64,000 nt of DNA from a bacterium (GTDB taxonomy: Bacteria; Patescibacteriota; Minisyncoccia; Sungbacterales; GWA2-42-14). The stretch lies in NCBI GenBank assembly GCA_030649305.1, contig JAUSFV010000006.1, positions 32 through 64,031 on the forward strand. The letters run 5' to 3'. Positions 1-9,342 of this stretch are shown one piece after another. The notes beneath the pieces are model-generated. The model had not been told where the DNA came from. It saw only the letters and a program-made list of their open reading frames with translations, and searched no databases. A program made the position numbers and the translations under genes. How positions within the stretch are numbered: position 1 is the stretch's first letter; each line of letters begins with the position of its first letter.

Positions 1-1975
1 CAAGCCCCCGCTCATCCATTTTTTCAATCTTACCGCGCTTTGAATTCAAATCCCCCGTCACCTCCCCAAAAAATTGTTCCGGAGTTACTACCTCAACCTG
101 CATAATCGGCTCAAGCAAAACAATGCCGCCGCGACGTGCGGCCTCTTGAAACGCCATGGAACCGGCAATTTTGAACGCGGCTTCTGACGAATCAACATCA
201 TGATACGACCCGTCATACATCGTCACCTGCATATCAACCACGGGGTACCCCGCAAGAACACCCCTATCCATGGCCTCTTTCACCCCTTTCTCAACCGCGG
301 GAATATACTCTTGGGGCACAACACCCCCCTTGATTTCATTCAAAAATTCAAACCCCTTGCCGCGCTCCAAGGGCTCAACGCGTAACCAGACATGGCCATA
401 TTGCCCGCGGCCTCCTGATTGCCGAATATATTTGCCTTCTGCCTCTGCCAATTTTTTAATCGTTTCTTTGTATGCGACCCGCGGCCTCCCCACATTTGCC
501 TCAACCGAAAATTCGCGCTTCATTCTATCCACAATAATTTCCAGATGCAATTCGCCCATACCCGAAATAATGGTCTCTCCGGTCTCTATATCCCCCCTAA
601 TGTGAAATGTCGGGTCCTCGTCCCCGAGACGTCGAAGTGCAATACCCATTTTTTCCTGGTCGGCTTTTGTTTTCGGTTCAATGCGAAGGGATACCACGGG
701 TTCGGGAAATACTATTTTTTCAAGAATGATTGGGTGCTCGGGGTCAGAGAGCGTATCTCCAGTTTTTGTTGATTTCAATGCTACCAAAGCACCGATGTTT
801 CCCGCTTGAATTTCTTTTAATTCTTCGCGGTGATTTGCGTGCATCCGCAAAATGCGCCCGATCCGCTCCTGCTCACCGCGCGTTACGTTCTGAACATAGC
901 TTCCCGCGGTAAGCGTTCCCGAATATACCCGAAAATAGGTGAGCTGACCCACATATGGGTCGGTTTGTAGTTTAAATGCAAGGGCTGAGAAGGGCGCGGT
1001 ATCATCCGCCGCCCGTTCTTCTTCAGCACCCGTTTTCGGATTCGTGCCTTTGACCGGCGGCAAATCCAAAGGAGAGGGTAGAAAATCAACCACCGCGTCC
1101 AGCATCAACTGCACGCCTTTATTTTTCAGAGCGGAGCCGCAAAGCACCGGAACGATTTTTGCCGAAAGTGTCGCGCGGCGAAGTGCTGATTTTAATTCTT
1201 CATTCGTAATTTCTTTTCCTTCTAAATATTTTTCAGTGAGCGCTTCATCCGATTCCGCGATTCTTTCAACCATAGTGCGACGCCATTCCTCCGCGGTTTT
1301 TTTCAAATTTTCGGGAATATCTTCATACGATATGTTCTCCCCGTGCTCTCCGGAAAAGCGCACTGCTTTCATGCGGAACAAATCAATCACCCCGGCAAAA
1401 TCCTGCTCAAGACCGATATTTAAATGAATAGCAACAGCATTCGGAGTTAAACGCTCAAGAATTGAACGAAATGAACGGTCAAACGAAGCGCCCGTGCGGT
1501 CTAACTTATTAATAAAGCATACCCGCGGTACATGGTATTTATCCGCCTGGCGCCACACGGTCTCAGATTGCGGTTCAACTCCCGCAACCCCGTCGAACAC
1601 CACCACACCGCCGTCCAAAACACGAAGCGAACGTTCAACCTCTACGGTAAAATCAACGTGTCCGGGCGTATCAATAATGTTAATACGATATTCGTGTTCT
1701 TTTCTGCGTTTTTCTGCGTTGCCTTCTGCGTCGTTCTGCGTGCCGACATAGGTCGGCAACCAAAACGCGTTCGTTGCGGCAGAGGTAATCGTAATCCCGC
1801 GCTCGCGCTCCTGCTCCATCCAATCCATCACCGTATCCCCCTCATGCACCTCGCCGATTTTATGCGATACGCCCGTGTAAAACAAAACACGCTCGGTGAC
1901 CGTGGTCTTGCCGGCGTCTATATGCGCGATGATTCCAATATTCCTCGTTCTTTCGAGAGGATACTCACGAGCCAT
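1..1975 (-). CDS. fusA: Elongation factor G, N-terminal ~658 aa; the C-terminus runs off the window start
   Basis: Reverse translation from ATG (rc of cat 1973-1975) gives [25 protein letters not shown]..., DTPGHVDFT, ...FINKLDR: classic translational GTPase G1-G4 motifs and EF-G domain order. Confidence 0.9.
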   Translation of the reverse strand, partial: MAREYPLERTRNIGIIAHIDAGKTTVTERVLFYTGVSHKIGEVHEGDTVMDWMEQERERGITITSAATNAFWLPTYVGTQNDAEGNAEKRRKEHEYRINIIDTPGHVDFTVEVERSLRVLDGGVVVFDGVAGVEPQSETVWRQADKYHVPRVCFINKLDRTGASFDRSFRSILERLTPNAVAIHLNIGLEQDFAGVIDLFRMKAVRFSGEHGENISYEDIPENLKKTAEEWRRTMVERIAESDEALTEKYLEGKEITNEELKSALRRATLSAKIVPVLCGSALKNKGVQLMLDAVVDFLPSPLDLPPVKGTNPKTGAEEERAADDTAPFSALAFKLQTDPYVGQLTYFRVYSGTLTAGSYVQNVTRGEQERIGRILRMHANHREELKEIQAGNIGALVALKSTKTGDTLSDPEHPIILEKIVFPEPVVSLRIEPKTKADQEKMGIALRRLGDEDPTFHIRGDIETGETIISGMGELHLEIIVDRMKREFSVEANVGRPRVAYKETIKKLAEAEGKYIRQSGGRGQYGHVWLRVEPLERGKGFEFLNEIKGGVVPQEYIPAVEKGVKEAMDRGVLAGYPVVDMQVTMYDGSYHDVDSSEAAFKIAGSMAFQEAARRGGIVLLEPIMQVEVVTPEQFFGEVTGDLNSKRGKIEKMDERGL

Positions 1976-1989
1976 ACAGTATCTATGGA

Positions 1990-2592
1990 TTATGTTATAT
2001 ACTGACCGCCGCCACCCATCCTAGGGGGAGGTTTTGATTGCGACCATTTTTGAAATGCCTCTTTCGTCAAAAGATCATCTCTAATGCCATTTTGACGCAA
2101 GATTTTTTTCATATGCCGAATCAAAAAGACTTTCATAGCGAGGATGTCTTTTTTGTTCAAAGATTCCGTATGCTCCGCATTTTGAATAGTACGAGACGTA
2201 TCCGTGATTTTTATAAGATCCGGGTCATCTGGCGAAAATCTTTTTGGATCAAACGTGTGTAATATGCCATAAAGCCACTGAAGATAGCGAAAAAATTTCT
2301 CGGGCGACTTTTGTAATTCGTACGCAAGTTCTGCCGCCTCCGACTGCAAAGGTGTTACGGTCATCTCTGTGGGAAGCGACTCAAATGCCGCACGAAGACT
2401 GGGGTCCTCATCAACCATTTTTTCAAATTCCTTTTTAACGATTTCGCCAATCGTTTTTTCCAACAACTGCTTCTCCCGCGGGGTTGCCGCGGGATCTTTA
2501 TACCACTCAAGAAAGCCGAGAAGATCTTCCGGAGAAGTTTCTTTCTCTTCCGGCTTCTTAGGCGCGTCTTGATTTTCTTCTGGTCGTTCCAT
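1990..2592 (-). CDS. Hypothetical acidic protein, 200 aa; paralog of the downstream ORF, inserted in the str operon
   Basis: Track ORF. The C-terminal segment ...[16 protein letters not shown] resembles ...SESAYEQWKQPRVPR of ORF 2623..3099. Same strand, tightly packed between rpsG and fusA. Confidence 0.5.
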   Translation of the reverse strand: MERPEENQDAPKKPEEKETSPEDLLGFLEWYKDPAATPREKQLLEKTIGEIVKKEFEKMVDEDPSLRAAFESLPTEMTVTPLQSEAAELAYELQKSPEKFFRYLQWLYGILHTFDPKRFSPDDPDLIKITDTSRTIQNAEHTESLNKKDILAMKVFLIRHMKKILRQNGIRDDLLTKEAFQKWSQSKPPPRMGGGGQYIT

Positions 2593-2622
2593 GATTACCG
2601 CGTTTTCATTTTTAAAAATTTT

Positions 2623-3099
2623 TTACTTTTCGAAGCGAGGCACACGCGGCTGTTTCCATTGCTCGTATGCTGATTCGGAAAATAATTCGGGATTCGTATC
2701 CTCCTCCAAAAGATCTTTCCATAATGTCCTTACGGCAAAAGCCCTAAGTCGCGACAACTCCTCCGGATCCTTGCCCTGTATCCACGAATTACGAGCATCT
2801 TCGAGATCTGTTAAAAACGTTGCTTCGCGTTTTTTGATTGAGCTTGAGCCGACACCCGCGCGTATCATTTCATGAATAGAAGAAAGCCAATCTAAGACAT
2901 TGTTATACTCATTTTCATCGCGACCAAATCGAGCCGCCAGTTGTTCCTTGCTCCAAAATCCCTCCACCGCTTCTTCGCCAAGCTCCTCCGCTTTTTTTAT
3001 CAAATCGGGATTTGTACGCTCAAGCGACTGCAAATATTCCTGCGCCTTTGGGTCGCGCAGGGTCGGATCGTCTGATTCTAAACGCTCTGGTTTCTCCAT
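2623..3099 (-). CDS. Hypothetical acidic protein, 158 aa; paralog of ORF 1990..2592
   Basis: Track ORF with a shared C-terminal motif with the neighbour and an acidic N-terminus. Confidence 0.5.
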   Translation of the reverse strand: MEKPERLESDDPTLRDPKAQEYLQSLERTNPDLIKKAEELGEEAVEGFWSKEQLAARFGRDENEYNNVLDWLSSIHEMIRAGVGSSSIKKREATFLTDLEDARNSWIQGKDPEELSRLRAFAVRTLWKDLLEEDTNPELFSESAYEQWKQPRVPRFEK

Positions 3100-3249
3100 A
3101 TTATTAAAAACAAAAGCGAAGATGGTTTTTTAAAAACGCTCACCCGACGAAGTTTGCATGGTTCGCCCCATGGGGCGAAAACGAGGAGGGTGGCGAGTTT
3201 GAAATCCACGCTGGGGATTTCAAACAATTTTTAAAAAATCATCAAGCGC

Positions 3250-3717
3250 CTACCACGCAAAATGCGCGAACGCCTTATTTGCCTCCGCCATCCTATGCGT
3301 ATCCATTTTTTTCTTCACGGCATTCCCCTCGTTTTTGGATGCTGCCAAAAGTTCTTCAGCCAAGCGATGATGCATAGCTTTTCCTTTTTTCGCGCGGGCC
3401 GCTAACAAAATCCAGCGAAACGCAAGCGACATTTTCCGGGGTCCCCGCACTTCACGCGGCACCTGATAGTTAGCGCCACCCACGCGGCGCGCCTTGATTT
3501 CTAACAACGGCGAGGCATTGCGAATCGCCAAATCAAACACCGCAAGCGGGTCCTGCTTGTATTCTTTTTCAATCACGTCAAAGGTTTTATACACCACCCT
3601 CTGCGCAACGCTTTTTTTGCCGTCCTTCATGACGTAATTGATAAATTTCCCAACGGTTTCGTTAGAATACTTTACATCCGGAATTATGGGTCGTGTGATG
3701 TTTCGTTTTCTTCTCAT
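3250..3717 (-). CDS. rpsG: 30S ribosomal protein S7
   Basis: 155 aa with typical S7 sequence (…KFINYVMKDGKKSVAQ…, …VPREVRGPRK…), in the str operon position. Confidence 0.9.
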   Translation of the reverse strand: MRRKRNITRPIIPDVKYSNETVGKFINYVMKDGKKSVAQRVVYKTFDVIEKEYKQDPLAVFDLAIRNASPLLEIKARRVGGANYQVPREVRGPRKMSLAFRWILLAARAKKGKAMHHRLAEELLAASKNEGNAVKKKMDTHRMAEANKAFAHFAW

Positions 3718-3734
3718 AAATATACCCTAATAAC

Positions 3735-3800
3735 TATGCGAATGTATGCTAATGATATGCCAATATTCGCATACTATTTGCATATATTAGCATAAAAATT
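3735..3800. promoter_or_regulatory. Cluster of ATGC(G/T)AAT / ATT(C/A/T)GCAT octamers in the rpsL-rpsG intergenic region
   Basis: ATGCGAATG, ATGCTAATG, ATATTCGCATACTATTTGCAT and ATTAGCAT within 65 bp; the same motif family recurs at 52535-52640. Confidence 0.5.
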
Positions 3801-3808
3801 AGCGTGTT

Positions 3809-4219
3809 TTATTTCGGACGCTTTGCCCCGTATTTAGACCGCTGCTGTTTTCTTCCCTCAACTCCCGTCGTATCCAAAATCCCGCGCACAATGTGATAGC
3901 GCACTCCCGGCAAATCTTTTACCCTGCCCCCGCGAATAATAACCACCGAATGTTCTTGCAGTTTGTGCCCCTCGCCCGGAATATAGGCCGTTACTTCCAT
4001 GCCATTGGTCAGACGAACGCGCGCAACTTTACGAAGTGCTGAGTTTGGTTTCTTCGGCGTCATGGTTTTTACCAAAATACACACTCCCCGCTTGAATGAA
4101 GAGGGATACAATTTCGGGCGGTTTTTGAGTACGTTAAATCCGCGCGCGAGTGCGGGCGCTTTTGTCTTTTTTCGCTTTAATTTTCTGTTTCGCTTCAGAA
4201 GCTGATGAATGGTTGGCAT
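3809..4219 (-). CDS. rpsL: 30S ribosomal protein S12
   Basis: [12 protein letters not shown]… …[19 protein letters not shown]…: canonical S12. Start taken at MPTIHQ rather than the longer track ORF. Confidence 0.9.
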   Translation of the reverse strand: MPTIHQLLKRNRKLKRKKTKAPALARGFNVLKNRPKLYPSSFKRGVCILVKTMTPKKPNSALRKVARVRLTNGMEVTAYIPGEGHKLQEHSVVIIRGGRVKDLPGVRYHIVRGILDTTGVEGRKQQRSKYGAKRPK

Positions 4220-4420
4220 AAAATCAATGATAAATGAACAAAACGATAATAGCAAGAATATAAAAATGAGTCAAACCCCGTTACCTCAACGTGGCATGAC
4301 GCCATGCGTTTCTTTGTGAGGTGTAAATTTCCCCAGGTAATCATTTCTCGGGGTATATCTAAAATTCAATTGGGCGTAAAACGCTATGCCGTGTTGTGGT
4401 GCGGGGTCAAATGCACGAAG

Positions 4421-4442
4421 AAAAAAAGCGGGGATTCCCGCT
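4421..4442 (-). terminator. Rho-independent terminator downstream of ORF 4445..4657 (minus strand)
   Basis: AGCGGG-GATT-CCCGCT hairpin preceded on the plus strand by A7, giving a U-tract on the minus transcript. Confidence 0.5.
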
Positions 4443-4444
4443 CT

Positions 4445-4657
4445 TTAATTGTCTGTAAGAGTATATTTCTCCTCAAACGCAAGTATACAAAGCTCTGCGA
4501 GCGTCTTTATTAACCCGTCAATTGCCTCCTGCTCATCGGGAGTAGGAAAGCTTGAAATCGGATTGAAAAGCTCGGGGAGTCTCTTTTTGGCAAATTCTCT
4601 TGCCGCCTTCTCCGCTTCCGAACGCTTCATCGTCGGCTTCTGACCGCAACACGCCAT
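4445..4657 (-). CDS. Hypothetical small protein, 70 aa
   Basis: Track ORF followed by an intrinsic terminator. Confidence 0.35.
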   Translation of the reverse strand: MACCGQKPTMKRSEAEKAAREFAKKRLPELFNPISSFPTPDEQEAIDGLIKTLAELCILAFEEKYTLTDN

Positions 4658-4753
4658 TTCTGCATCCTCCTTATCACAAATATCACCAAAGAACTGCTTC
4701 CCTAAGTTATGCCAAGTAATCTGCTATGTCAAACAAAAAAGACCGACGTGGCC

Positions 4754-4996
4754 TTATTGATGCGTGAGAACGTGTGATGCGCGATAACATACGAAATAAT
4801 ATACGATTGCGCCTATGAAAGGGAGGGCGCACATAAGAAGAATCATCAAAATGTTTACGACATTTTCTGCCGGCCACATCTTGATGGTCCGGATAACCGC
4901 GTGGATAAACATCCAAAGACCGAAAAAACCCAGCACGAAAACCAGAAGAAACGCAAAAAGCCCGAATCCCGCTATAAACCACCCAATAAAGTCCAT
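4754..4996 (-). CDS. Small 2-TM membrane protein, PLDc_N-like (…LLMCALPFIGAIVYYFVCYR…)
   Basis: Hydrophobic 80-aa ORF whose C-terminal helix matches the PLD-nuclease N-terminal domain pattern (LP.iG..Yl..Gr). Confidence 0.45.
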   Translation of the reverse strand: MDFIGWFIAGFGLFAFLLVFVLGFFGLWMFIHAVIRTIKMWPAENVVNILMILLMCALPFIGAIVYYFVCYRASHVLTHQ

Positions 4997-5181
4997 GCCG
5001 AATCTCCCTCTATATATAGTATCAAAGGAACAAGCGTATTCAGAATAGCAAACCGAATATTTTTGTCAACAAAAAAGGCGCGAAAAGTCCCACAACAACA
5101 TTCCAACATTCTGCCTAAAGCCCGTTGGCTCGGCCAAGTAGGGCAGAATGTTGGAATGTTTAAAAAATGAAAAAAGGCGCA

Positions 5182-5505
5182 CTAGGTACGCCCCTTACCA
5201 AAAAAGAGATCACGATCATACACAAGGAGATCGGCCATAAGCTTGCGCAACCTTCTTGCGGCAACCTCTTTCTTGCTTCCCGTCGTAGAAATAGAAACTC
5301 CCCGCTTTTTATCATTCATACCCGTAACACAAACCACATCCGCCACATATCCCTTGTCTTCCGCGCTATAAAAGACCTGATAACTAAAAGCTTTGCATCT
5401 CCGTACGCGAACGCCACGACGCAACTCGCGAAGCAATTTTACCATGCGTTTTTTCTCCTTTTCAACGATTGTGCGAAACAGCAAGTTGCTGGCCGCAGTT
5501 TCCAC
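5182..5505 (-). CDS. Double-stranded-RNA-binding-domain-like protein
   Basis: …YVADVVCVTG…GSKKEVAARRLRKLMADLL fits the dsRBD C-terminal consensus G.G.SKKEAK.AA..AL. Confidence 0.4.
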   Translation of the reverse strand: METAASNLLFRTIVEKEKKRMVKLLRELRRGVRVRRCKAFSYQVFYSAEDKGYVADVVCVTGMNDKKRGVSISTTGSKKEVAARRLRKLMADLLVYDRDLFFGKGRT

Positions 5506-5656
5506 AGAATTTATTTTCTCGCCAATTTTCTTTCTGACAAGAAACGCACACGATGAATCTGTTGGTTGAGTGAATCCATTTTTCTATCCGCGGCAAAAGA
5601 AGCCACAGAACATACATAGCGATTGCTATAAGAACGCACGCGAGAAGAATATCCAT
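5462..5656 (-). CDS. Small membrane-anchored zinc-ribbon protein, 64 aa
   Basis: N-terminal TM helix followed by CVSC…CGNC; overlaps the upstream ORF by 44 nt. Confidence 0.3.
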   Translation of the reverse strand: MDILLACVLIAIAMYVLWLLLPRIEKWIHSTNRFIVCVSCQKENWRENKFCGNCGQQLAVSHNR

Positions 5657-5767
5657 TTTTCCTCCTTTTTCAACGATCTTATACTCTAACAGTTAAAGAA
5701 ATCCGAAAATTTGAACTGCCGTAAGTATAACAAGATTTCTGAAAGATGTCAAATAAAAAACCGCTCG

Positions 5768-5803
5768 CCTTATCGGCTAATTCGTGCGAATTAGCCGATA
5801 AGG
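5768..5803. repeat. 36-bp perfect palindrome CCTTATCGGCTAATTCG-TG-CGAATTAGCCGATAAGG (copy 1 of 3)
   Basis: Arms are exact reverse complements; lies 4 nt downstream of the M50 protease stop. Identical copies sit near 13564 and 23688. Confidence 0.8.
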
Positions 5804-5807
5804 AAAA

Positions 5808-6470
5808 TTAGAAAAAAGAAACGCCGGAAAAAATTCTGAACAACAACGATACAACCGGAAACAGCCATTGCGAGAAAAAGAAAATAAAAATCAAAAGGAG
5901 GAAAAAACCGTATTGCTGAAGAAATGTTTCAATGTTGCGCCACTGATACGGAAGCAGGGCGAATAACACTTTTGACCCGTCCAGCGGAGGAATCGGAACA
6001 AAATTAAACACCGCAAGCACGAGATTCACCAGAACAATCAAACCGAAAATTTCCGCGAGATTTTGTGTCACAAGCGAGCCGCCACCGAACACCAGCAATA
6101 CGCGAATGCCGATACCAAACACCAATGCAATGAGGATGTTGGACAACGGCCCCGCCATACCCACGAGCGCCGGCCCCCAATCATTTCGCGAACCAAACCG
6201 CGAAAAGGGATTCTTCAAATTATACGGATTATACGGCACGGGCTTTGCCCATCCGATTAAAAAGGGAGAATGCGCCAAAACGAGCAAAAGCGGCAAAATA
6301 ACCGACCCGAACGGGTCCAAATGTTTCAGAGGGTTCAGCGTCAGGCGCCCCAAATGCTTTGCCGTAGGGTCGCCAAGAAGAAGGGCAACAAACCCATGCG
6401 AAACCTCATGAATCACAACAGAAAAAATAAGAATGGCGATTTGAAAAATAGTAGGGATTGCAGAATCCAT
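5808..6470 (-). CDS. Site-2 protease-family zinc metalloprotease (peptidase M50)
   Basis: HEVSHGFVALLLGD (HExxH in a TM helix) plus LNPLKHLDPFGS; polytopic membrane protein. Confidence 0.75.
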   Translation of the reverse strand: MDSAIPTIFQIAILIFSVVIHEVSHGFVALLLGDPTAKHLGRLTLNPLKHLDPFGSVILPLLLVLAHSPFLIGWAKPVPYNPYNLKNPFSRFGSRNDWGPALVGMAGPLSNILIALVFGIGIRVLLVFGGGSLVTQNLAEIFGLIVLVNLVLAVFNFVPIPPLDGSKVLFALLPYQWRNIETFLQQYGFFLLLIFIFFFSQWLFPVVSLLFRIFSGVSFF

Positions 6471-6513
6471 AGAAAAATGATACCCTTAACGAAGTTACAA
6501 ATTACCTTACCTT

Positions 6514-6738
6514 ATGAGAATCTGTCCTATCTGCGACAAACAATCAGCAATGGCGGGAACGCGAAAACTCCTTCGCGGTCATTATAACCTGACCAAGCGC
6601 TCGCGCAAATACCCGAACCTCCAATGGGTGGTTTTATCGCCCGCGGTCTTGAAAAAACTCGGAGCAACAAAAGTCCCCCCGGGAAAACGTGTTTTAGTAT
6701 GCACCAAATGCATCAAGGCCCTCGGCAAAAAGAAATAA
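6514..6738 (+). CDS. rpmB: 50S ribosomal protein L28
   Basis: MRICPICDK…RKYPNLQW: L28 Cys pair and PNLQ motif. Confidence 0.8.
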   Translation: MRICPICDKQSAMAGTRKLLRGHYNLTKRSRKYPNLQWVVLSPAVLKKLGATKVPPGKRVLVCTKCIKALGKKK

Positions 6739-6801
6739 GCATCGCGAAGATGCTTATCTATAAAACTGTGAAGATACAATGCGGGCACAACAACAACGCC
6801 G

Positions 6802-7307
6802 CTAACATCTGCATATTAAAAGTTGTTCTCTGTGGCGCGCTATCTGATATGCCCCCGATAGGATATCCCCGCGATCACGAAGAATAACAAAGATGTCATC
6901 TGGATTGCGCCGAACCAGATACAAATAACCAAACGCCAAACCAACCGGATATAAGGGGTCATCAACCGCATAACGCGAATTTGAGTGCTGAAAAAAATAA
7001 TCTTGTAGAATCGCGTTGTGCGAATTTGGCCTTGCGTCACGCATGATTTCTCTGATGGTGATTGAGCCGGTTATTGCCGCTGATTGAAATAATTCAAGAG
7101 CCTGCGTTTCTGCTTCAAGGCCTTTTCCCAAACGAGCATATGTATCGGGCGACATCTTGCATACCAGCTTTTCGTTCTTATTCAACAATATTTCAAAATA
7201 AACAAGCTTTTTATCGGGATAATTTTTCACAACAAATTCCTGAGCCGTATCGGTGACGCGAGCCATGAATTCTTTCGGTGAAAGAACTGCAATACCTTTT
7301 CGTTCCA
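6802..7307 (-). CDS. Hypothetical protein, ~168 aa
   Basis: Track ORF; start placed at MERKGIAV… preceded by a GAGAGGG RBS. Confidence 0.4.
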
Positions 7308-7385
7308 TGGATACCCTCTCTTTTTTTACCATAGAAAGACCCAAAAAAATCGTATCATAACCGCGCGGGAAGAACAACATACAAC

Positions 7386-8888
7386 ATGAAAATTCTTGCC
7401 AAACAATTCGGGGCCGCTCCGAAAGCCGAAGCGATTGCTTTGGCGCTTTTTGAAAAAGAGGATATCGCAAAAAATCCTCTTTTCCGTCTGCTCCCAAACA
7501 ACGTGCAGGCGCTCGTAAAAAAGTTTATTTCAGGCGGAGGATTTTCGGGAAAAGAAAGCGAAACAAAAGTTCTACCAATTTTTGAAACCTCCCTCAAAAA
7601 AATAATTCTGCTTGGACGTGGAGATAAGCAAAAATGGCATCGGAGAAAAGCGCTCCTTATTCCCCGCCGCGTAATACAAACAGCAAAACAAGAGCGCGTC
7701 AAAACAATTGCAACGCACTTGGATATGCTGGGCGATAATTCAGAAGCGCACTCGTCCGCGCGCGACATCACGACAAATATGCTCATGGCGTATTTTGAAT
7801 ATCGCCGAAAAGTAATGCCGAAAGACGGGTGGCCAGAAGTTAAGGAGGTAACCCTGCTTTGCGAAAAAAAAGATGCAAAGGCCGCAACCGAAGGCATTCG
7901 CGAGGGCAACATCATTGGTGAGGAAACAAACGAAACGCGGATACTTTCAAATACCCCCGGAGGCGAGATGACGCCCGCAACCCTTGCAGATGCCGCACGG
8001 AGAGCAGGAAAAAAACACGGGGTTCGTGTTACCATTTTTGACGAGAAAAAAATGAAAGCACTCGGGTTTGGCGGAGTACTTGGCGTTGGAAAGGGTTCAG
8101 ACATTCCTCCATGCTTTATCGTTATGGAGTACCGGCACGGTGGAAAACAAAAACCGCTGGTGCTCGTCGGCAAAGGCGTTACGTTTGATACCGGAGGATT
8201 AAACCTCAAACCAAGCGAGGGAATTTATGAAATGCATCTTGATATGTCGGGGGGTGCGGCGGTAATTCATGCCGTTTCCGCAATCGCGCGCCTGAAACTC
8301 CCGTTGAATGTCGTGGGGCTCGTGCCCGCGGTTGAAAATATGCCGTCGGGTTCAAGTTATCATCCGGGTGATTTACTCAAAACGTATTCGGGTAAAACGA
8401 TTGAAGTGCTGAATACAGATGCCGAGGGCCGGGTTATTTTGGCGGATGCTTTAGCGTATGCCAAAAAATTCAATCCCTTGCTCGTTGTAGATATTGCGAC
8501 ACTCACGGGTGCCGCCATGGGCGCACTTGGCCAGCGCGTATCGGCGCTCTTTACACAAAATCAGAAATTGGAAAAAATATTTCGCGAACTTGGAACACAG
8601 AGCGGAGACGAAATGTGGCCGCTTCCCTTGTGGGACGAATACGACGCTGATATTCAGGCGACATTTGGCGATATCGCGAATATCGCGAAAACAAAATATG
8701 GCGGGGCAATTACGGCCGCATCATTCTTAAAACAATTCGTGGACGGGTACCCGTGGGTGCATTTGGATATCGCGCCGACCATGACCACGATTGAAAGCCA
8801 GCACTTGGCAAAGGGGGCATCAGGTGTTGGTGTGCGATTTTTCGTAGAGCTTGCGAAGCATATCGTGAAAAATGGGATCTCTGTATAA
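7386..8888 (+). CDS. pepA: Leucyl/cytosol aminopeptidase (peptidase M17)
   Basis: NTDAEGRVILADALAYA M17 signature; 500 aa. Confidence 0.85.
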   Translation: MKILAKQFGAAPKAEAIALALFEKEDIAKNPLFRLLPNNVQALVKKFISGGGFSGKESETKVLPIFETSLKKIILLGRGDKQKWHRRKALLIPRRVIQTAKQERVKTIATHLDMLGDNSEAHSSARDITTNMLMAYFEYRRKVMPKDGWPEVKEVTLLCEKKDAKAATEGIREGNIIGEETNETRILSNTPGGEMTPATLADAARRAGKKHGVRVTIFDEKKMKALGFGGVLGVGKGSDIPPCFIVMEYRHGGKQKPLVLVGKGVTFDTGGLNLKPSEGIYEMHLDMSGGAAVIHAVSAIARLKLPLNVVGLVPAVENMPSGSSYHPGDLLKTYSGKTIEVLNTDAEGRVILADALAYAKKFNPLLVVDIATLTGAAMGALGQRVSALFTQNQKLEKIFRELGTQSGDEMWPLPLWDEYDADIQATFGDIANIAKTKYGGAITAASFLKQFVDGYPWVHLDIAPTMTTIESQHLAKGASGVGVRFFVELAKHIVKNGISV

Positions 8889-8923
8889 TTATAATAATGA
8901 ATGAGAAGGTTCTATATTTTGGT

Positions 8924-8960
8924 CGGGGTGTAGTATATCGGCAGTACGCATGCATGGGGG
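8924..8960 (+). pseudogene. Orphan 5' half of a tRNA-Pro-like gene (acceptor CGGGGTG, D-arm, anticodon stem 5' strand, loop AUGGGGG)
   Basis: Identical to the 5' half of tRNA-Pro at 9049, including ~12 nt of 5' flank, except acceptor position 5 (G vs C). It is followed by a 12-bp hairpin instead of the 3' anticodon stem. Confidence 0.55.
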
Positions 8961-9048
8961 TGAAGCGTGAATGTCTTCACGCTTCACGGGATTACTTCCC
9001 CCTATGTTTTATTATCAAAGTAATCCCCGGCTCTTTCTGTATTTTGGT

Positions 9049-9122
9049 CGGGCTGTAGTATATCGGCAGTACACATGCATGGGGTGCATGTAGGTCGGGT
9101 TCGATTCCCGACAGCCCGACCA
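9049..9122 (+). tRNA. tRNA-Pro (anticodon GGG), CCA encoded
   Basis: Hand-folded cloverleaf: acceptor CGGGCUG/CAGCCCG, D-stem GUAU/GUAC, anticodon stem CAUGC/GCAUG with loop AUGGGGU, T-arm UCGGG-UUCGAUU-CCCGA, discriminator A. Confidence 0.8.
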
Positions 9123-9138
9123 AAATACAGAACAAAGA

Positions 9139-9174
9139 GATGTAGGCCGGGTTCGATTCCCGGCACCCCGACCA
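9139..9174 (+). pseudogene. Orphan 3' fragment of a tRNA-Pro paralog (variable loop, T-arm CCGGG/CCCGG, acceptor 3' strand CACCCCG, A, CCA)
   Basis: Its acceptor 3' strand complements the orphan 5' half at 8924, not the intact tRNA at 9049; compensatory differences appear in both the acceptor and T stems. Confidence 0.5.
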
Positions 9175-9342
9175 AAAAATTGAAGAAAAAGATGCGGGCC
9201 GGGCCTGCCCCATTAGATGCGAAGCTATCTAATGGGGTGAAATTCCCGGCAACCCCAAAATCAAACCGGACAAAAACGAACTCAAAATACGAAGAAAATC
9301 GATTTAACAAAAAACCGGTAACTAACAAAGTTTTAAATAATT

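Noticed and set aside
8924-9174. Interpretation of the orphan tRNA halves as a functional intron-containing or trans-split tRNA
   Set aside because: The intervening ~180 nt contains a complete independent tRNA gene, lacks the bulge-helix-bulge or group I intron features recognisable by eye, and the 3' fragment starts one or two nucleotides short of restoring a full anticodon stem. An integration or duplication scar is favoured, but this remains untested.
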